A stretch of DNA of 64,000 bases, taken from the NCBI GenBank assembly GCA_964016885.1, contig OZ024746.1:2046001-2110000 (forward strand). The letters run 5' to 3'. The position numbers were made by a program, and so were the translations under genes. Each line of letters begins with the position of its first letter. Positions within the stretch are counted from its first letter, which is position 1. The notes under the pieces are model-generated. The model worked only from the letters and a program-made list of their open reading frames with translations. It had not been told where the DNA came from and made no database searches. Source of the stretch: Eledone cirrhosa. Its lineage: Eukaryota. Shown here one piece after another: positions 53,101 through 64,000 of this stretch.

Positions 53101-55153
53101 ATATTTATGTAATACCCCAACATATGGAGAAAGTCCACCCTACTGGTTGGTATAAAGTCACTCACAAACACACTCCAGTCTCTGACCAATAGACAAGCTG
53201 TCTCTTTTCTCTGCCTTTTCTACCACTACTGCAATAGCATCTACACTCTGGAACTGGCTGATTTTGTATCCACCTCAAGACCTCACACTAATTCCTACCC
53301 AGCAGTCCTTTCTCCCCCCCAAAACACCAACTTCTACCTGCCTTTGTCTTTCTTGTAATTATTGACCTACAGCACCAATCTCATCGGTCTAAGAGACTTT
53401 ATAGGCCACCATCCCCATACTAGACTATATAAAATAAACCCCCTTATACAGCAGTGAAGAATATAACATTTTATAGTCCTGGCAATAAACAAGAAATTGT
53501 ACAAATGAGCTGTAAACACCAGTGTGGTATTTAACATATCAATACTTGTTTCCAATCAACAACCTGGAAAACATCAACAGGATCTTCATCTTCACAAGTG
53601 ACAAAATTCACATTCCCTCAGCTCTCTATTGCAATCTTCTCATTTTCTTTCTTTTTTTTTTTATTTACAAAATATGTAACAACCACAGAGAGTAAACAAA
53701 CACCATAAAACAGTCAGTTACAAAGTAAAAAACAATGAGATAGGGTTGTTAACAAACATATAAAACAAAGGGATTACAATCCAATTTGGAAGGAAGAACA
53801 CTTACACAATGAAGAAATATTTGACATACCCGTCGTTGCCAAGTGGAACTCCTTGCACAAAATGTCATTTGAGAAATATGGATTTGGTGAGAAATGAAAT
53901 TTGACTCTGTATCCAGACTTAATATCCTCAAACTCTTCAACTTCAACCTAAGGAAGTGACAAAAATACATACATAAGACATTAATCGAAAACCAACTTCA
54001 ACCTGCAGAGAAGTGACAAATACACACACACATTAACTGAAAATCAATTTAAGAACTAATTTACAGGAAAACTATACACACAATAGAATTTAACTGATAA
54101 AAGTACAACATGCTGTTGTACTTTAAAATTTTCAATGAAAAATTGCAGAAAAGACAGGACCCCCCCCCCCCCCCAAAAAAAAAACACATTCACAACGAGC
54201 TTCCTTATAGTTTCCACCTACCATGTTTATTTATAAGGCATTAGTTTACCTGAGGCTATAGTAGAACTCAATTCTCGAAAGTGGACTGAACCAACGTGGT
54301 TCTGAATTTACTCCGGCCAGAATTCTCTCATCACATCCAATTCAAACTGGCCATAATCAGTCACTAATACCAATGTTAAGGTATTATTCTCAAAATAAAT
54401 AATATCAAAATTTCATAGATTCAATATTATGTGAGGTAAAGCCTTTACTATGAAAATACAATAGTAAATATAGAGTAATGTAAATACTAAAGGGTTAATT
54501 ACACATAGAACATTAGAAAAGATTAAAGCCTAAAAGAGCCCCTATTCCAGCCCTTGAAGTTAATTCTACCAAGGAAACAAGACTTTTCAAAGTAACAACA
54601 TATATCTGATACCATGCATTTTGTGAATAATAACACCGTTGGTCATAGGTTTCTACTGAGCCAATAATTGGTTCACAGCATTTACAATGGTGTGAGTGCG
54701 ACAAGAAAGTATGTACAACATGGGATAAATACAACATATTTCTGTTCAACACACAAGTTTATTGGCAATCATCCCACATACATGCAACAAACTTCAGCAC
54801 AGTTTAAATCTACCAAATTTCGAGGCCGAGGTTATGACGGAAGACATTATTTCAATAACTGAAGTTGTTAGATAAGCAGTACTAATCATGAAATTAGCTG
54901 AATATTGTTTGTTACTGGTGATAGAAAATAAACAACTACCTACTCAAACCCAGACACTAAGTAACATATTTACCTTAAATAACACATACTACAATTTAAT
55001 GAGCCTAAATATATAAAAACTTGAAATTTAATTCCCCCCACAGTCCATTTGGTTTCTGTTGGGGGTTGCATTTCAACTCACCATGTTGAGATAATGTAAA
55101 CATTCTTCTTCCTCTTCATCAAGTATTACTGAGATCTGTGGATGATTAACAAA
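47097..55153 (-). CDS. SET: SET/TAF-I (I2PP2A) NAP-family histone chaperone, 5'-partial; exons 55153-55082, 53947-53830, 52138-51966, 51527-51448, 50973-50894, 48232-48167, 47188-47097 (226 aa)
   Basis: Phase-consistent GT-AG exons give [92 protein letters not shown] plus acidic tail, closely matching SET. Confidence 0.95.
47868..48126. repeat. Intronic minisatellite, about 4 copies of a 59-67 bp unit
   Basis: CAATATACAACGGTCCATGGCT(CTATGGCT)CATCTCATGAAATGACCAACACACATTACATATGTA. Confidence 0.92.
48167..48232 (-). CDS. SET: SET acidic-tail exon (66 nt, phase 1-1)
   Basis: ttcaag|(D)[21 protein letters not shown]|gtagtc. Confidence 0.82.
48960..49888 (-). mobile_element. piggyBac (PGBD4-like) transposon relic with intact left end
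   Basis: TTAA|CCCTTTAGCATT terminus at 49888 with duplicated subterminal ACCGACA repeats; frameshifted ORF from ATG 49649: [13 protein letters not shown]...NRYAQQ...EMKAFF..YWST...MAKTRF..YLHL...[10 protein letters not shown]. Confidence 0.88.
49975..50172. mobile_element. Second TTAA-type MITE family copy
   Basis: TTAA..CTTTTGATACC..AACAAAAGGGTTAA; related copies near 1340-1510, 1921-2080, 55670-55880, 58662-58857 and 59950-60115. Confidence 0.6.
50894..50973 (-). CDS. SET: SET acidic-tail exon
   Basis: taatag|(S)[26 protein letters not shown]|gtgagt. Confidence 0.88.
51448..51527 (-). CDS. SET: SET exon (end of NAP domain)
   Basis: tttcag|[26 protein letters not shown]|gtatgt. Confidence 0.95.
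51966..52138 (-). CDS. SET: SET exon
   Basis: tttcag|(G)[20 protein letters not shown]...[18 protein letters not shown]|gtaag. Confidence 0.95.
53830..53947 (-). CDS. SET: SET exon
   Basis: ccttag|[39 protein letters not shown]|gtatgt. Confidence 0.95.
55082..55153 (-). CDS. SET: SET exon (most 5' exon found in the window)
   Basis: tttcag|[24 protein letters not shown]|gtgagt. Confidence 0.95.
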
Positions 55154-56315
55154 CTGAAAGCAACAGTCAAGGAAATGTTTTTAAAATAATAGAATTGTGG
55201 GAGGAAAGACAGCAATAGTAAAACCCTTGAGCAAGAATATACAAGTAGACCTATTCTTCAACATGAAGATGTACAAATTGTAAAACATCAGCAATAGATT
55301 ATGTAAACCTCTAGCATTTAAACCGACCAGAATCCACTCACCCCTTTCTGTTCAAAAGGCCATAACCAGCTGCTCAGACCTATGTAAACGTATTGTTCTT
55401 AAAATGTCATAGCTTCGATATTACCGTGAAAAAATAGCACGATTTTACCATGAAAAAATAATAGTAAATGTAGAGTAATTTAAATGGTAAACGGTTAAAA
55501 CATCTTACAACAACTAAAATATCCTTGTGTCCTGATAATAAGAACATGTACAAGAATAATGCTTGCTGATTGTTGCCATATACAACTGCCAAGATAAGTG
55601 TCTATGTGATAAACATTTAACATCAATTAGTTACTTAGAATTTGAAAATTACGAGAGAAAATTCAATTTTATTGCCCTGGTTTTATGATACGAAACTCTC
55701 CATCATTTTAAAATATTCATATTTATATTAAAACCTTCCACTAAAAACTTTTTTTAAAGAAAATTTCATTAAGTAATGTTTCAAACACCAGTTTAATAAC
55801 GAAAAGGTTAATCATTTTATTCCTTGAAATTTTTGATCATTTTCAAAATGAATTAAACCATACAGGTAACAAAAGGGTGAAATATATTTTTCCAAGCTGC
55901 GTTCCCTGTGGTGAACTACTGATTGTAGCACCTGCCAAGTAAATTTCTGTATGAAATGTTTTTCAACCATACAATTTGGCTAAATTATTTGACACAGGTA
56001 AGAAACTCTCAGGAAAGCTGGACAGCAGGTCTTCAAAGAAGAACCCCCCCCCCCCTCAAGTGAGTTTCGGCCCATTAACTTCTTACACTCTAAGGGGCTG
56101 GGCTTCATCTGGGTCATGACCCCAGGGTGCCCTTCTGCTGACATTTAGCCATTCAGATATTTAAACAGTATGGAGATTTTGTTGACAAGATCTAGCTGGA
56201 AATGAGAAGTAAATGTTCAGTGAAACTGTTTTAGACAATAAGAATTTTATTTCTTGCCTATGGTATACATTCATATTTGTATCACCAATTTTTGGATTTA
56301 TCTATTTTACATTAA

Positions 56316-56514
56316 CCCTTCAGCATTTAAACTGGCCATATCCAGCCAGAATTCTCTCACCTCTTTCTTTTCAAACCGGACACTCACACTGATGTTAAAG
56401 AATTGTTCTCAAAATAAATTAATATCAAAATCCAATAGATTCAATATTATGTGAGATAAAGCCTTTACTACAAAAATACAATAGTACATATAGAGTAATA
56501 TAAATGCTAAAGGG
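56316..56514. mobile_element. piggyBac-type MITE, 199 bp
   Basis: TTAA|CCCTTCAGCATTTA...TAAATGCTAAAGGG|TTAA; partial copies at 47290-47420, 54305-54494, 55308-55500 and 60130-60245. Confidence 0.9.
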
Positions 56515-56629
56515 TTAATACTTCACTAAAATATTAATATGGTGAAAAAAATTATTGTATTCTCAAAAAATTATTTTTCTAGCATCCTAAATAATATTTA
56601 CTGTATATTTGGTGTTGAAAATTATATAG

Positions 56630-58610
56630 AAAGGCAAGGCAGCTGGGCCTTCGGAGATAGTTGCTGAGATGTTGAAGGCATCTGGAATGGTGGGACATAC
56701 TATGGTCACCCGTATAGTTAACCAAGTAATACAGAATGGGGTCATACCAAAAGACTGGCGTAGCAGCATCATCATTAACTGCTACAAGGGTAAAGGAGAT
56801 GCTCTAGATAGAGGAAACTATAGAGGCATTAAGTTAGTTGACCAGGTCATGAAGGTCACAGAAAGAGTTAGCGCAACTAATCAGAGAGCGAATTGATCTA
56901 GATGAAATGCAGTTTGGGTTTGTGTCAGGTAAAAGTACCACAGACGCTCTTTTCCTTGTACGACAACTACAAGAGAAGTACCTAGCTAAAAGTAAACCCC
57001 TCTACTTAGCTTTTGTAGACCTGGAAAAAGCCTTTGACAGAATCCCCCGCTCCATTATCTGGTGGGCTCTTAGAAAACTAGGTGTAGATGAATGGCTTGT
57101 GAGAGCTATACAAGCTATGTATAATGAAACAGTCAGTAAGGTTAGAATTAACAATGAATATTGAGAAGAATTTAGTGTAAAAGTTGGTGTTCACCAAGGC
57201 TCTGTCCTGAGCCCCCTCCTATTTATTATTGCCCCTCAGGCTATAACAGAGGAGTTCAAAACCGGCTGCCCATGGGAACTCCTATACGCAGATGATCTAA
57301 CGCTCATAGCTGAATCAATGGCTGAACTAGAAAAGAAATTTCAAACATGGAAGCATGGCCTAGAATCAAAAGGCCTTAAAGTTAACTTGTCTAAGACTAA
57401 AGTCCTAGTTTGTAGAAAGGAAAATAAGGCACAGGTACCCTCAGGGAAATGACCTTGCTCAGTGTGTAGGAAAGGAGTAGGCAGAAATTCAATTTTATGT
57501 CCCAAATGCAAAGTATGGGTACATAAAAGATGTAATGGGATCACAGGTAAACTATCTAAGAACGTAGACTTTATATGTGGCCGATGCTCAGGTGCAATAG
57601 GTAGCAAGTGTCCACAGGATACTAGCCCCTTCTATTGCCCAGATGGTTCTATAGAAATAGTAGACACTTTCCGTTACCTGGGTCACAAAATCAGCAGTGG
57701 TGGAGGGTGTTCTGAAAGTACAGTAGCCAAAGTCAGAACGGGATGGAAAAAGTTCAGAGAGCTTATACACAAAAGGTTTCTCTCTAAAAATGAAAGGCAG
57801 ATTGTATGATGCCTGTATACGAACAGCAATGCTACATGGGCATTGCGTGCAGAGGACCTGCGTAGACTGGAAAGGAACGAAGCATGCATGCTCCGTTGGA
57901 TGTGTAATAGTAATATACATGAACGGCAAAGCATAAATGAACTAAGTGAGAAATTAGGAATAAGAGGGATCAGATGCTGTTTACTCGAGAGAAGACTACG
58001 TTGGTATGGTCACGTGATGCGCATGAAAGACGACAGCTGTATAAAAAAATGCAGGGCGATCAAAATTGATGGTAGTTACGGAGTAGGTAGACAAGAAAAA
58101 TCTGGGACGATCTGACAAATTCTGGCTTTACACACTTGCACCTCTCTAAGACAATGTCTCTGGACCAAGATCTTTGGTGCTACGCAGTAATACAGAAGAC
58201 CCGCCTTGCCTATGTACAAAGCGAAACCTAGTCAGTAGGCACCTCTTAACCAAATATACACCACAATCCACTACCCCTACCCTATCCTCCCACCAACACA
58301 ACCCCCTCTCTCTATAAAGTTGGTACCATCCAGTCCAAATAAATGAGATAAAGATCGTGTAGGTGCCATGAGAAAAAAACACAGTCCACGCTGTAATGTG
58401 GCCGTGTAGGTAACACGGTAAAAAGTTCCCAGTTCCACACTGTAAATGTGGTTGGTGTTAGGAAGGGCATCCAGCCGTAGAAAACCTGCCAGATAGTCCT
58501 ATATGAGCGAGACATGGTCACCCGACAAACCTTGCCTCAAGTGGGACAACTCCCGTCTAACCCATGCTAGCGTGGGAATGGATGTTAAACGAAGATGATG
58601 ATGATGATGA
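56630..58610 (+). mobile_element. 5'-truncated RTE-clade LINE, antisense within a SET intron
   Basis: KAAGPS, RGNYRGIKL, QFGF, FVDLEKAFD, GVHQGSVLSPLLF, YADD (57285-57296), FRYLG and RRLRWYGHVMR; a few stops and frameshifts; (TGA)n tail; possible TSD ATAGAAA (56626-56632 and 58610-58616). Confidence 0.93.
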
Positions 58611-60801
58611 TAGAAAATTTCTTAAAATTGAAGTATAGGCTAATGTTGACCTATAAGGTGCTTAACTCTTTCATGACGTACACTATTTCAATTAGTTAAT
58701 GAAGAATTTTGAGGGATTTACTAAAATTATTAATTATTTCTTTACTAAGATAGTAACTTAATGTAGGTTCTTATATAAAATTATGCTGGAAGATTTCAAT
58801 TTAAATTCAAAGCCTCCAAAATAGGTGGTTTTGGCAGAGTTGGTAATTAAAGGGTTAAAAGAGTTAACAGCATACCATCTCATTAACTAAGGCAATATAT
58901 CCAAAACCAGCATAGCTCAAGATGATCACATGCTCTCTGGAGGCAACCCCACCCCCAGCCATTACACGATTGTGTACATATCCCCTTCTTTATCCCCCCA
59001 TCATTAATCCAGTTGAATATAATTTTCATATGACCCCTCGAAACGGTTTATGCCAGGTCATTTAGTCTTACATGTACTGAATAATTTATCTAATGGCTGG
59101 CATGAACACGACTGTTTAGCCCTTTCAAGGACTTAGATTCCTTTCTGCATATGCTACAGCGAAAGAAAAAAGGCCATGCTCATGCAACACACATGAAAGT
59201 CGTTTAGATCAAGTGATCTCTGTGTTTAAAGATTTTTTTAAGTACAGAAACCCCACTCTCTGAACAACAGTGACAGGTCTGAGTTGCAGGTTTTACATCA
59301 ATTTTCTATCAGGTTTTACATCAATGATGTCCTAACAAGAACTACTCTCACTCCTGATTGGCTAACCGTATACTTGAGCACCAAACCGAGTATTTACATG
59401 TCCCCATACATACGCACACAATTAGCTCTGATTTAACACTAGCTTGAAATTTTACTATAGTTCAAATTTTCGTCGGATTGTAAAACCAAGGTGAGCATTT
59501 TCGAAAAGGACCTTTCTGTTTTGTTCACATGTCAATTTTTGTGCAGAGTGTATACATTACAATTAAACCATCAGCAACGAAAATGATACGGGCAACAGAG
59601 TATTTCGTTCAAATAATTAGGACAACTGATCTGATTGTAAACAAAGGACCAAGGTGAAATATTAACCTTCAAGGATCATTTACCTAATATGATTGTAAAA
59701 TATTTAACATTTCAAATGCTGTCTAATTTAGTGATATTGCATAGAAAAAAGCCACTATAAACTGTTGAAATGCTGTTTGGAAGGAAATTCCACCTAAGTG
59801 AAAGAACAACTTGAAAGGATTGGGTCTAGTAGAGGATGTTGCACCCTGGGCCACAGTTGGATGATAAATGTTGCACCATTCACACTTGTTTCAAACACTA
59901 GATTATACAATTTATTTACAGTTTAGTTTAACATTTTCATGAATGTATTGTCATGAAATACACTCTATTAATTAATAAAGAACTTCAAGAGATTTACTAA
60001 AATTATTAATTATTTTATTATTAAGATAGTAACTTAATGTAAGGTTCTTATAAAAATTACATTGAAAGATATTAATTAAAATTGGAAACTTTTAAAAGAG
60101 TTAGCTTTATTTCATATTTACTATTGTATTTTCACGGTACACACCATCTCACATAATCTACAAGATTTTGATATTTTGAAAAGAAGTTTGAAAGGAAAAA
60201 GGTGAGAAAATTTTGGCCAGATATGGCCGGTTTAAATGTTAAAGGATGAATATAAATATTGATGTTCTGTTAACTGTGATTCCTTTGCAACTGTCATTTG
60301 GACAATATTATATCGCTTGAATTCAGTTCTGCGGAACATGTAGATTTTTCTGAACTTTTAGGTTTAGTATTTATCAAAAACAGGTTCTAAATATTTTTTT
60401 TAAAGGAAATGTTATGCATGCTAAAAGAAATAGGGTGGGACCCCACAAATATCAAATAAATCCTGTGTATATTTAAGAGAATACTATGCTGAAAAATAGT
60501 GCCCACCCCCACACTTTCTACGATATCAAAATATATCACTGCTGTTAACAGGGTTTGAATACACACACAGGATGGGCTTTTGTAGTGTCTATATACTAAA
60601 TTTACTTGCAAGCTATATTAGAAAGCAATTGCACAAGGTATAACGCAGCAAGATACAACCCAAACCCATGCAATTGCATGCCTGCACCTATCATATATGT
60701 GTAAGGAAGAATGACATTTGATCTGTTAATATTCAATTCCTCCACCATCACACATTACTATCAATCATGTAGTTCATTATCCTCTAGGTCACTTGAACAG
60801 A

Positions 60802-61167
60802 GTAGAGAAGACTAGACTTCCACGACATAGGGTAGAGAAGACTTCAGACTTCCACGACATAGGGTAGAGAGGACTTCAGACTTCCACGACATAGGGTAGA
60901 GAGGACTTCAGACTTCCACAACATAGGGTAGAGAGGACTTCAGACTTCCACGACATAGGGTAGAGAAGACTTCAGACTTCCACGACATAGGGTAGAGAAG
61001 ACTTCAGACTTCCACGACATAGGGTAGAGAAGACTCTAGACTTCCACGACATAGGGTAGAGAAGACTCTAGACTTCCACGACATAGGGTAGAGAAGACTA
61101 GGCTTCCACGACATAGGGTAGAGAAGACTCTAGACTTCCACGACATAGGGTAGAGAAGACTCTAGTC
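60802..61167. repeat. 30-32 bp minisatellite, about 11 copies
   Basis: Unit AGACTTCCACGACATAGGGTAGAGAAGACT(TC/CT). Confidence 0.95.
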
Positions 61168-61699
61168 TTAATATCTAGATTTTAATATACAACAAACCAC
61201 GAGCCAGCCCCTGTAAGTTTGCTTGACTCAGATAAAAGACAGGATAACCAAGATTAAAATTTAAGATGTTTTTGAGCATAGACTTGTTGAATCAAGCAAA
61301 ACAATTCTATACACAAAAAAAGTTAAGAACAAGGTTTTTTGGAAGAATTGATTAGATGAATATAAATGATTTCATAGCTTTAGTTAATTCAAAGTATTTG
61401 CATAAAGTGGTAGAGAAATTGTCCACCATCATTACATTCCGCAACAGAGAATTCCAGTATTGCCATGGAAGTTACTATTATTAGTTTTGCTCAATCTAGA
61501 AGATATGAGAATTGATAGAACATTAAAACAGCTATTTACAAACTGTGGATAACCGCCCCTATCCATGGGATTACAATACTGATGTAGGGGCCATTACTGC
61601 TAAGTAACTTACCTAAATGAACAACGACCATTGTATGCACAAGAATGTGGTGATGAAAAGACTAGCAGATGTCTTTTACTCCATTAGTGCCCTAACAAG

Positions 61700-62095
61700 T
61701 AATCGGAAGGGAGGTAGGTATAAAAGCCAAACTTCAATCTGGCGTTTATGCTTACCTCACCTATGGTCATAAATCTTGGGGTAATGACTGAAAGAATATG
61801 ATCACAAAAACAAGTCGAAATTGTGTTTCTTCGAAAGGTCTTTGGAGTAACTCCAAGTAGAGCCAACAGCTCCAGTGCTAGACATGTCTAAGGAAAAAAT
61901 AGGACAGATTTTACGAGCAAAGCCAACCAGCAGGAGATTCAGAGACAGACAATAAACAAGATGGATAGACAACATCCGTAAGCTTGGTTGATCTCGCTCG
62001 GGGATCCAGGAGGATCATTTAGAGACGGTTGATAGGACCCCTTAGAAGGTGTGTCTGAGGAATCTGTCCCCATAACTCTTTCAAGAACTAATTGG
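61700..62095 (+). mobile_element. 3' fragment of the second RTE-type family
   Basis: LTYGHKSWVMTERI..EIVFLRKVFGVT..QILRAKP..RWIDNI. Confidence 0.7.
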
Positions 62096-62745
62096 ACTAG
62101 AGAATGTTTCGTTTATATATCTTCCCATTCCTGCTAAGAACCCCTCCAGTCGACCCTAAACCTGTTGATATTTAAGTATTAACTGAGGAAATGAACTTCG
62201 AACCAAGAATAAATGGAATCGATGCGTAACAGTTTGAAAAGAAACATGGTAGGGCAAACTTAGAAAAAGATCAAATTCCAATGCTCCCGAAAGGAACTGG
62301 TAGGCGCTGCCTGGGACCATCAGGCACCCGTAAATGCTGTTTCAAATTGCTGATAGGGTTAGCTCAGCATAGACATGCTCCTAAGAAATACATTAGCTTT
62401 GTAAAACAAAGTTTGGAGTAGCTCCAAGTTTAGAGATTATATTCTAGATGTTCTAAACATGCTAGTTTACCGGTTTAAAAAAGCACAATAGAATTTTCGG
62501 CCTAAAGTACCGGCAAATTCCTGTGAAGATCAAGAAAAAGAACCGACAAATTTCGATCACTTGATGCAGAACATTGACACTCCACAAACAAAACAGTCTA
62601 AATACCAACAGAAAAACATAATATCCATAATCAGGGCCTATATAGAAACAGCAAAACAATTTAAAACCAGAAATCACGAAAAATTTTGCTGAAATTATTG
62701 TATATCAGTAAGTTCCAAAAAGACAAAAGCTGTACAGCTGGTTGA

Positions 62746-62795
<50 letters not shown>

Positions 62796-63689
62796 GGTGG
62801 TGGAGAGAAGAGAGATCTATTTGTTTAATGGTTTCGTACGTTACAATGTCGTGGCAAGGAGGAATAAAGCGTTATGCATAAATGTCTACAGTGAAAATAT
62901 ATTGAAAAACAAAAAATCATATTTTTTTTCTAAGTTCAATTAAATGGAATAAAGGATATCTAAAGACCAAAATCTTCGTTACTCCAGAGTAAACCATGAT
63001 GGACTGAAAACCCAACGAAGCTAATAAAAATGTGAACTTTTAATAAAGGTTTTAAAATAAATATCTTCACTGCAGAAAATTAATTATTGGATAAAGCACC
63101 ATACTTTTTATTTATTAAATTTATTTTTTACATTAAACACCCTATAAACCAATATAATTGCGCGAAAGTAACCGGATGGCATTTGCCTTTCATCCTTACG
63201 AGGTCGATAAAATAAAGTACCAGTAATGTACTGAGTAATTGCTGGCCTTGTGCCAAAAGTAGAAACACTATCAGCAATGTTAAATCACATAAGGTTGAAA
63301 ATAGATTTGTTTGTGATCATATTCGAGGAAATCACGCCTATTAACGATCACTTACTTCAGTAAACCCTCCACGCAGTAACCAAGTATCAAAATAGGAAAA
63401 CATTGTAAATGGGGCACCAATCGACCAAATGCACCAACATCATTTAACGTCCTTTCTCCCTATCTGCCTGTCTCTATATATACACTATGTGTTTATATTT
63501 CTTAGTTTAATTCCAAACGCGCCAAGAAAATATTGCATGTAGGACTCGAAAGAGACATACCACTAAACAGAAGCTTTTTACTTTCATTTGTGGACCATTA
63601 AAAGTTGTAATGTTCTCATTTTCTATAATTAAATCGTATTATAGATGTATGTTATATACATATATAATGTGTACTATTGAGACGTTAGT

Positions 63690-64000
63690 TCTTGTCTCAT
63701 GACCCTGTAATAAACAGGCTAATCTCCAGAGTAACAAGATTCACTATTTAACCTTAATAAAATGAATATTAAAACTCCATTTCGGTATTGAGTACTCTTT
63801 TCTCTCAGCCATCAACCACACACGGATGGATATATATATATATATATAGGAGAAAGTATGACCCCGACGGCAGAGCTCAAGCCGTTTCGACGGCTATTTC
63901 TGGACTAGTTCAGAAATAGCCGTCGAAACGGTCATACTTTCTCCTATTACCCACTCTACTACCCTAAGTATTGAGTACTCTGGTGCATTATGGACCATCT
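63690..64000. mobile_element. Possible Penelope-like terminal repeats with an inverted junction
   Basis: Direct repeat GTATTGAGTACTCT (63785 and 63968), large hairpin 63846-63947, homologous copy at 38255-38390(-), degenerate hammerhead-like core. Confidence 0.4.

Noticed and set aside
60802-61167. CRISPR-like 32-bp repeats
   Set aside because: Contiguous tandem units with no spacers
63148-63167. CCAAT plus perfect E2F site (TTTCGCGC on the minus strand) as the SET promoter
   Set aside because: Abuts a SINE fragment and no first exon was found next to it; short motifs alone are insufficient
55154-64000. 5' exons of SET (dimerisation helix through NFWVT)
   Set aside because: Searched by eye on the minus strand and not found; presumably beyond the window

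Overview
AT-rich, repeat-dense eukaryotic DNA with spliced genes. The SINE/RTE/piggyBac-MITE repertoire and (TA)n/(CA)n abundance suggest a mollusc, probably a cephalopod such as Octopus (inference). I reconstructed two minus-strand genes by hand from GT-AG junctions with consistent phases. The first is a complete six-exon HMGB gene (230 aa, two HMG boxes plus acidic tail; 18413->11075). The second is the last seven coding exons of a SET/TAF-I (NAP-family) histone chaperone (55153->47097), whose 5' exons were not found in the window. The rest is mostly mobile-element debris: RTE, CR1/L2-like and CRE-like LINEs, a young internally deleted mariner, a Tc1/mariner deletion derivative, piggyBac and hAT-like relics, TTAA MITEs, SINEs and minisatellites. 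Almost all ORF-track entries are spurious. No CRISPR array, rRNA or tRNA gene was seen. I cannot show a new biological system from sequence alone. The best leads are: a mariner ORF kept open despite losing its catalytic residues, just upstream of HMGB; a pseudoknotted HDV-like ribozyme candidate; SIM-like motifs in the SET tail; a duplicated poison splice acceptor in SET; a PHD finger inside the RTE ORF; a 343-bp duplication fused to a perfect 83-bp palindrome; and HMGB-SET linkage.
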